Positions 30,486 through 35,119 of a stretch of 35,119 nt of DNA are shown one piece after another. The translations under genes were made by a program, and so were the position numbers. Numbering within the stretch: position 1 is the stretch's first letter; every line of letters starts with the position of its first letter. The stretch lies in the NCBI GenBank assembly GCA_036339465.1, contig JAYZAY010000040.1, positions 1 to 35,119 on the forward strand. The letters run 5' to 3'. Source of the stretch: Myxococcota bacterium (GTDB lineage: Bacteria > Myxococcota > XYA12-FULL-58-9 > JABJBS01). Below the pieces are notes generated by a model. The model was not told where the DNA came from. It ran no database searches and was given only the letters and a program-made list of their open reading frames with translations.

Positions 30486-31013
30486 TCAATTGGCTCGCCG
30501 TTGGGCAGACACCTCTCGCTTCATCTCTTCCACCACTACCCCGAAACTCTTCTCACCAACCGCTATCTCCTCAACAACAGGAGCATACTCATCCACATAA
30601 TGCAGAATGGTAGAAAGCAACTGCCCCACTGTTTCATCTTCGAAATATCCCTTGCGACAGAGATGGACATGTTGGTAATACAGGGATTCATCAATTTCAC
30701 TCATCCCAAAACCGGGCAACTCGATGACCTTATTGACAAGCAGAATCATTCTCGCTGTGTCCCCCGCCACCTTTCCAATTAACGGAAAAGGGAGCGACGA
30801 TACAAACTGCAGTAAGTGATCACCATCATTTGACGCACGCACGGGAATATATTGAAGCTGGATTGCCCTTGGACGCCCCTTCCCATCGGGATCCAAGGTA
30901 ACATAAAGCTGCTCAAAAGGAGCAGCATCCGACGGAGAAATCAATGAAGCGGGATAACCTGCCCCATTCAAATTATCCGCAACGGATTTAAGCCTCAAAT
31001 TATCCATGTTCAT
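30486..31013 (-). CDS. YbjN/CesT-like (T3SS chaperone-fold) protein
   Basis: Small acidic protein with LLQFVSSLPF...ARMILLVN..IELPGFGMSE...LYYQH pattern; GAGGTG RBS before ATG 31013. Confidence 0.6.
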   Translation of the reverse strand: MNMDNLRLKSVADNLNGAGYPASLISPSDAAPFEQLYVTLDPDGKGRPRAIQLQYIPVRASNDGDHLLQFVSSLPFPLIGKVAGDTARMILLVNKVIELPGFGMSEIDESLYYQHVHLCRKGYFEDETVGQLLSTILHYVDEYAPVVEEIAVGEKSFGVVVEEMKREVSAQRRAN

Positions 31014-31313
31014 TATCACCTCTAGCGTTCTTTAATGCTGCCTGTTCTCGCTCTTTATCCATTTTCCAAGAAAAAATAAAGCAGAAAATTCCTCCACACG
31101 TCTTTGCCATTAATACAACGAATAAAGATATTCTCCCATACAATAGGGCAGGTCTTTGAGCCGAGAAAATATCATCGAGATAGCGCAGAGATAGCCCTAA
31201 TACATACATTTCCATTCCTTATTCCTTTCCTCCTCCCCTTGCCAAAAGAGGCTTATATTGAAAGAACAGTTGGCGCATTCTCGGTGCGTTACGGGATAAG
31301 TGAGTTAGAAACC

Positions 31314-31940
31314 ATGAAAAGAGTTTATCCACTCTGCATCATCTTTGGCACCCTCATGGCTTGTGACTCCCCGGAGGTGCGTCGAGGTAGAACGCACTAC
31401 GAAAAGATGTGTCGTCTTTGCCACGGCGAAGATGGCGAGGGCTATTTATCTCCTAGGGCCAATGCCCTTACCAACAACGAGTTCCTCATGTCCGCCACTG
31501 ATGAGTTCCTACGGGTCGCAATCACCGAGGGTCGTCCCAAAACAAAAATGAGTGCTTTTGGGTCGGAATTTGGTGGCCCTCTAAAAAATAACGATATCAG
31601 TGACCTCATTGCATTCCTGAGGTCATACCAAGATAATCTGTCTGAGCCTCTCAAGACTCAATGGGTTTCATCGGAAAATAACCCCGATCTTACCAGTGGA
31701 AAAAAACTCTATAAGCAAGAGTGCGCAAAATGCCACGGAGAGCTCGGAGAGGGGGATACTGCTTTAAGTCTTAACAACCCAACTTTTCTTATCACTGCTT
31801 CCGACGCCTATCTTCGTTACGCCATTGAAAAAGGGCGCAGTGACACCCTTATGCTCGCCTATGAAAATGTATTCACTCCCCAAGAGATAACAAACCTCGT
31901 AGCTGTGATTCGGGGATTTTCCAGTGCTTTCGGAGACTAG
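31314..31940 (+). CDS. Dihaem c-type cytochrome lipoprotein (CcoP-like domains)
   Basis: Lipobox LMAC; CRLCH and CAKCH; distal Met motifs KTKMSAF and TLMLAY; start at ATG 31314. Confidence 0.92.
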   Translation: MKRVYPLCIIFGTLMACDSPEVRRGRTHYEKMCRLCHGEDGEGYLSPRANALTNNEFLMSATDEFLRVAITEGRPKTKMSAFGSEFGGPLKNNDISDLIAFLRSYQDNLSEPLKTQWVSSENNPDLTSGKKLYKQECAKCHGELGEGDTALSLNNPTFLITASDAYLRYAIEKGRSDTLMLAYENVFTPQEITNLVAVIRGFSSAFGD

Positions 31941-31941
31941 T

Positions 31942-32442
31942 ATGAATCGAAAAACCCTTCTCTTGGCTATCCTAAACCTTACTTTAAGCCCTCTCTTCAT
32001 CAATTGCGGCGCAACCGAATCCACTGAAGGCTGTCCACAACTAGAATACGTGGGTTCTGGCCCCATTCCCACCAACTTTACCAGCAACCAACAATTACTC
32101 AGCATCGATGTCATCTATCCCGCCTACGAAAAAGGAGAAAAATTCGTTTTCATAGATGCCCGGCCACCTTCTGATTATAAGATTGACCACATAAAAGACG
32201 CTATCTCCCTACCCTTCTATGATGCTGAACGCTGCGCACCAAGCCTGCCTTCAAATGCATGGTACGTCACCTATTGTGCCTGCCCGCATAACGAATCACA
32301 ACACGCCGCCGAAGCCCTTGAGAAAGCTGGCTTCAAGAATGTTTGGGTGCTAGATGAGGGGTATCTAGAATGGAAAAAGCGCGGTTATCCAATCACCCCC
32401 CCTAAAAGAGAAATCCACGAGAACTCTACTTTGGATTCCTAA
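31942..32442 (+). CDS. Rhodanese-like domain lipoprotein
   Basis: Signal ending FINC; FIDAR, HIKDAISLP, YCACPHNES, LDEGYLEW. Confidence 0.9.
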   Translation: MNRKTLLLAILNLTLSPLFINCGATESTEGCPQLEYVGSGPIPTNFTSNQQLLSIDVIYPAYEKGEKFVFIDARPPSDYKIDHIKDAISLPFYDAERCAPSLPSNAWYVTYCACPHNESQHAAEALEKAGFKNVWVLDEGYLEWKKRGYPITPPKREIHENSTLDS

Positions 32443-32443
32443 A

Positions 32444-32956
32444 ATGCATCTTCCGACCCCGAAGCTTATTTTTGTCGCTGGTTATCTATTAACAATCTCC
32501 TGTGGCCAAGAACCCACTCTACGACTCAAACTCAAAACAGACATCCGTGCCAAAGAAATGCTCCGAAACCTCCACATAAACATCCGAGATATTCACATTC
32601 AACCCATAGGATTTGGCCTCACCATCGATCATCAGATCACACCGGAATGGATACCCCTTCCTCCACTTCACAATCGAATCGATGCCTTTGACGCCCAGAA
32701 AAAAGCCATCGTTATCGCCCAATTTCAACCTCCAAAGAACCGCTACCAACGGCTCTTCCTACGCGCCAACCGCATCACAGGAATCAATCGGTTTGGAGAT
32801 ACGGTGGAGTTGGAAAATGTTCTCGAGCCTATCGGTATGGAGCTACAAATCACCGGGAAGCGGCGACGAGAAATCACGCTCACATTGATTGTGTTGAAAG
32901 GGATTAGAAATCCAAAGAAGCTTTCGATTTACGCTAAGGATATCGAAGTTGATTAG
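32444..32956 (+). CDS. DUF4382-like lipoprotein
   Basis: Lipobox TISC; LHINIRDIHIQ...WIPL...YQRLFL beta-sandwich pattern; starts 1 bp after the rhodanese stop. Confidence 0.55.
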   Translation: MHLPTPKLIFVAGYLLTISCGQEPTLRLKLKTDIRAKEMLRNLHINIRDIHIQPIGFGLTIDHQITPEWIPLPPLHNRIDAFDAQKKAIVIAQFQPPKNRYQRLFLRANRITGINRFGDTVELENVLEPIGMELQITGKRRREITLTLIVLKGIRNPKKLSIYAKDIEVD

Positions 32957-33702
32957 GAACCACTGGCTGTAGTAGAAGTTGAATTCTCAGGATTTGTCAC
33001 TGTGCTCAAACCCTTTTCTTGGCCCAAAACCCACAGAATCGCATTCTTCAAATTCGAAAAACCGGCATCCGTTGAAAGTCGGGTCGTTATCTCGCCATTG
33101 CGCGGAGAGCCGGAAACGTGAGGCAAGTAGAGTGCGAGGGTTCCATCCGCATGGTAGATAAAAAAATCATCCTTAGAGCCTTGATGAAGTGCCCATACAC
33201 CGGCATCATTCGTGTCTTGTAAAAGAGGGAATGTGCATCGGTATTGAGGTTTTCCATCATCACCTTTGACCATTTCCCCATCATCACCTTTGACATACAC
33301 CATTTGGTGTTGGTCTTCCTCTTTCGCTGCATCTGCTTTATTCACCGTTACAAATTGAACTCTATGGCCTTCGGCCTGAAGCTCTTTCCACATTTTATCC
33401 ATGGACATAGCCTGTGCCCGGCAATAGCCACACCATGCTGCATGCAAGGACATCACCGTAACCATACCCTTGAATTCCTTCAAACCATAGGAAGTTTCAA
33501 ATCGACTGCTATTGGGCTGAAAATCCTCTAATTCCCATTCTGGCCACTCACTCCCACGACAGGTCGGGCCGTCATCACATGGTACACCCACACCTTCAAA
33601 AACCTTGGGTTCAACCTTATCCTCACTGACTTCCCCCCCACCACAAGCCACCAAAGTGAGTCCTAATAAAAGGGACAATAGATGTTTCTCCCGTTTCACC
33701 AT
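32953..33702 (-). CDS. Thioredoxin-fold redoxin lipoprotein resembling the selenoprotein P N-terminal domain
   Basis: Lipobox LVAC; VTVMSLHAAWCGYCRAQA; VWALHQGSKDDFFIY; AAGGAG RBS. Confidence 0.82.
   Translation of the reverse strand: MVKREKHLLSLLLGLTLVACGGGEVSEDKVEPKVFEGVGVPCDDGPTCRGSEWPEWELEDFQPNSSRFETSYGLKEFKGMVTVMSLHAAWCGYCRAQAMSMDKMWKELQAEGHRVQFVTVNKADAAKEEDQHQMVYVKGDDGEMVKGDDGKPQYRCTFPLLQDTNDAGVWALHQGSKDDFFIYHADGTLALYLPHVSGSPRNGEITTRLSTDAGFSNLKNAILWVLGQEKGLSTVTNPENSTSTTASGS
33254..33294 (-). repeat. 17-bp direct repeat with 24-bp period (VKGDDG x2)
   Basis: CCATCATCACCTTTGAC at 33254 and 33278. Confidence 0.85.
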
Positions 33703-33713
33703 ATTTTATATCT

Positions 33714-33748
33714 CCTTGCAGCCAATTAAAGCTTTACTGGCTGCAAGG
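33714..33748 (-). promoter_or_regulatory. 11-bp inverted repeat overlapping the RBS of the redoxin gene
   Basis: CCTTGCAGCCA-N13-TGGCTGCAAGG; AAGG of the SD lies in the stem. Confidence 0.55.
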
Positions 33749-33941
33749 GCTACCATCCACGTATCGCCTGGTCAAAGGATTTGCCCCTAAAATAGCTAAC
33801 TTCATAGAACATTTTACAAAAATCGGGCGTTAATATTGGTTTCCCTCATCTGAAACAAACCGAAAATCACGCATTAGGAAAATCAAAACCCACCACATCA
33901 ATCGCTTTGCTCTTGCGCCTAAAAAATCGTAAACCACCTTC

Positions 33942-35119
33942 ATGGTATACCACTCCTCTGCTCACAGGGATGCTCCCCCCACAAAGCAAAACCTACGCGA
34001 ATTTTTCGATGTTTTTCGCTATACCAAAGCATCCATTCGCCTGGTGTGGCAAACGAGTCACCGTCTCCTTATCGCCCTGGCCCTCCTAACCGTAATAGGA
34101 GGACTGCTTCCCGCCGGACTCGCCTATGTCAGTAAACTGATTATCGACTCCGTCTTAAAGGCCACCGAAACCGGACTCGAAAGTGACCAGTGGCAAGTGG
34201 CCCAATACATAGGCATCGAGCTCATTATCGTGATGCTCATTGCCGGCGTCCAACGGGGATTGTCTGTCAGCCAATCACTCCTCCGTGCCATGCTCGGCTT
34301 TCAAGTGAATGTCATTGTCTTGGAAAAGGCCCTAAGTCTTGAGCTGGCTCAATTTGAAGACCCTGCTTTCTACGACAAAATGACCCAAGCTAGACGAGGT
34401 GCATCGACACGACCCTTGGGGCTCATCAACAAAACCTTTGGACTCATTCAAAATGCCATCGCACTTTTCACCTACGGAGCCCTCCTCTATCAATTTTCAA
34501 TATGGACCGTTCTCATCCTACTCCTTGCTGCTCTCCCTGCCTTTTTTGGCGAAACCAAATTTTCCGGCGACGCCTTCAGGCTCTTTCGGTGGAGGGTTCC
34601 TGAAACCCGTGAACAAAATTATTTAGAGATGGTCATCGCACGAGAAGAGTCGGCTAAAGAAGTGAAACTCTTCGGCCTTGGGAAAGTGTTCCTAAATCGC
34701 TACAAAAACATTTTCCAACGACTCTTCCGAGAAGACCGAAACCTAACGATTAGAAGAGGCGCATGGGGATTCGGACTCGGTCTCATAAGCACGCTTGCAT
34801 TGTATGGAGCCTATGGCTGGATCGCGTGGGAGACAGTGATGGAAACGATCACCCTCGGTGATATGACCATGTATCTCCTCCTATTTAAACAAGGTCAAGC
34901 CACTATGACTGCGGGACTTTCGGCTATAAGTGGCATGTACGAAGACAATCTTTATCTATCTAACCTTTATGAATTCCTCGATTACCAAGGCCAACCCAAA
35001 ACAGGATCTTCCCTAGAGGGCACAAACCCCAACGATGGCATCCGCTTCGAAAATGTATCATTCACCTACCCTGGGCAGGAGAAGCCGGCCCTCAAAGATA
35101 TCTCCTTCCATCTCAAAGA
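33942..35119 (+). CDS. ABC transporter permease/ATP-binding protein (runs off the window; absent from the ORF track)
   Basis: Open frame from ATG 33942 (MVYHSSAH...IRLVWQTS...LELAQFEDPAFYDKMTQARR...) to IRFENVSFTYPGQEKPALKDISFHLK at the window end. Confidence 0.92.
   Translation, partial: MVYHSSAHRDAPPTKQNLREFFDVFRYTKASIRLVWQTSHRLLIALALLTVIGGLLPAGLAYVSKLIIDSVLKATETGLESDQWQVAQYIGIELIIVMLIAGVQRGLSVSQSLLRAMLGFQVNVIVLEKALSLELAQFEDPAFYDKMTQARRGASTRPLGLINKTFGLIQNAIALFTYGALLYQFSIWTVLILLLAALPAFFGETKFSGDAFRLFRWRVPETREQNYLEMVIAREESAKEVKLFGLGKVFLNRYKNIFQRLFREDRNLTIRRGAWGFGLGLISTLALYGAYGWIAWETVMETITLGDMTMYLLLFKQGQATMTAGLSAISGMYEDNLYLSNLYEFLDYQGQPKTGSSLEGTNPNDGIRFENVSFTYPGQEKPALKDISFHLK

Noticed and set aside
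31104..31313. N-terminal extension of the cytochrome c ORF from TTG 31104
   Set aside because: The lipoprotein signal starts at ATG 31314; the extension overlaps the divergent promoter region
31314..31940. Calling the cytochrome ccoP
   Set aside because: No ccoN/O/Q nearby and no CcoP N-terminal membrane segment

Overview
A bacterial chromosomal segment, probably from a Myxococcota/Deltaproteobacteria-like organism (inferred from protein families and the many lipoproteins). Intact genes: an atypical DEAD-box helicase, betA plus a HAD phosphatase, a YceI lipoprotein, serA-serC, two TetR regulators (each with a palindrome at its start), a complete TetR-OMF-MFP-RND efflux operon, an orphan response regulator, a CrtC/AttH-like lipoprotein, a SpoU methyltransferase, a spermidine-synthase-like methyltransferase, convergent yheT/yheU, a YbjN/CesT-like protein, four lipoproteins (dihaem cytochrome c, rhodanese, DUF4382-like, selenoprotein-P-like redoxin) and a window-truncated ABC transporter. 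The most striking locus is a 903-aa protein with no signal peptide. It carries the motif series of oomycete GP42-type transglutaminases with an apparent Cys332-His333-Asp376 triad and a 51-bp tandem-repeat tail, and is followed by a HEAT-repeat gene. Several long intergenic gaps hold decayed genes (adenylate cyclase, GNAT, C-type lectin, outer-membrane protein). I saw no rRNA, tRNA, CRISPR array or intact mobile element. All family calls come from motif recognition by eye, not from database searches.
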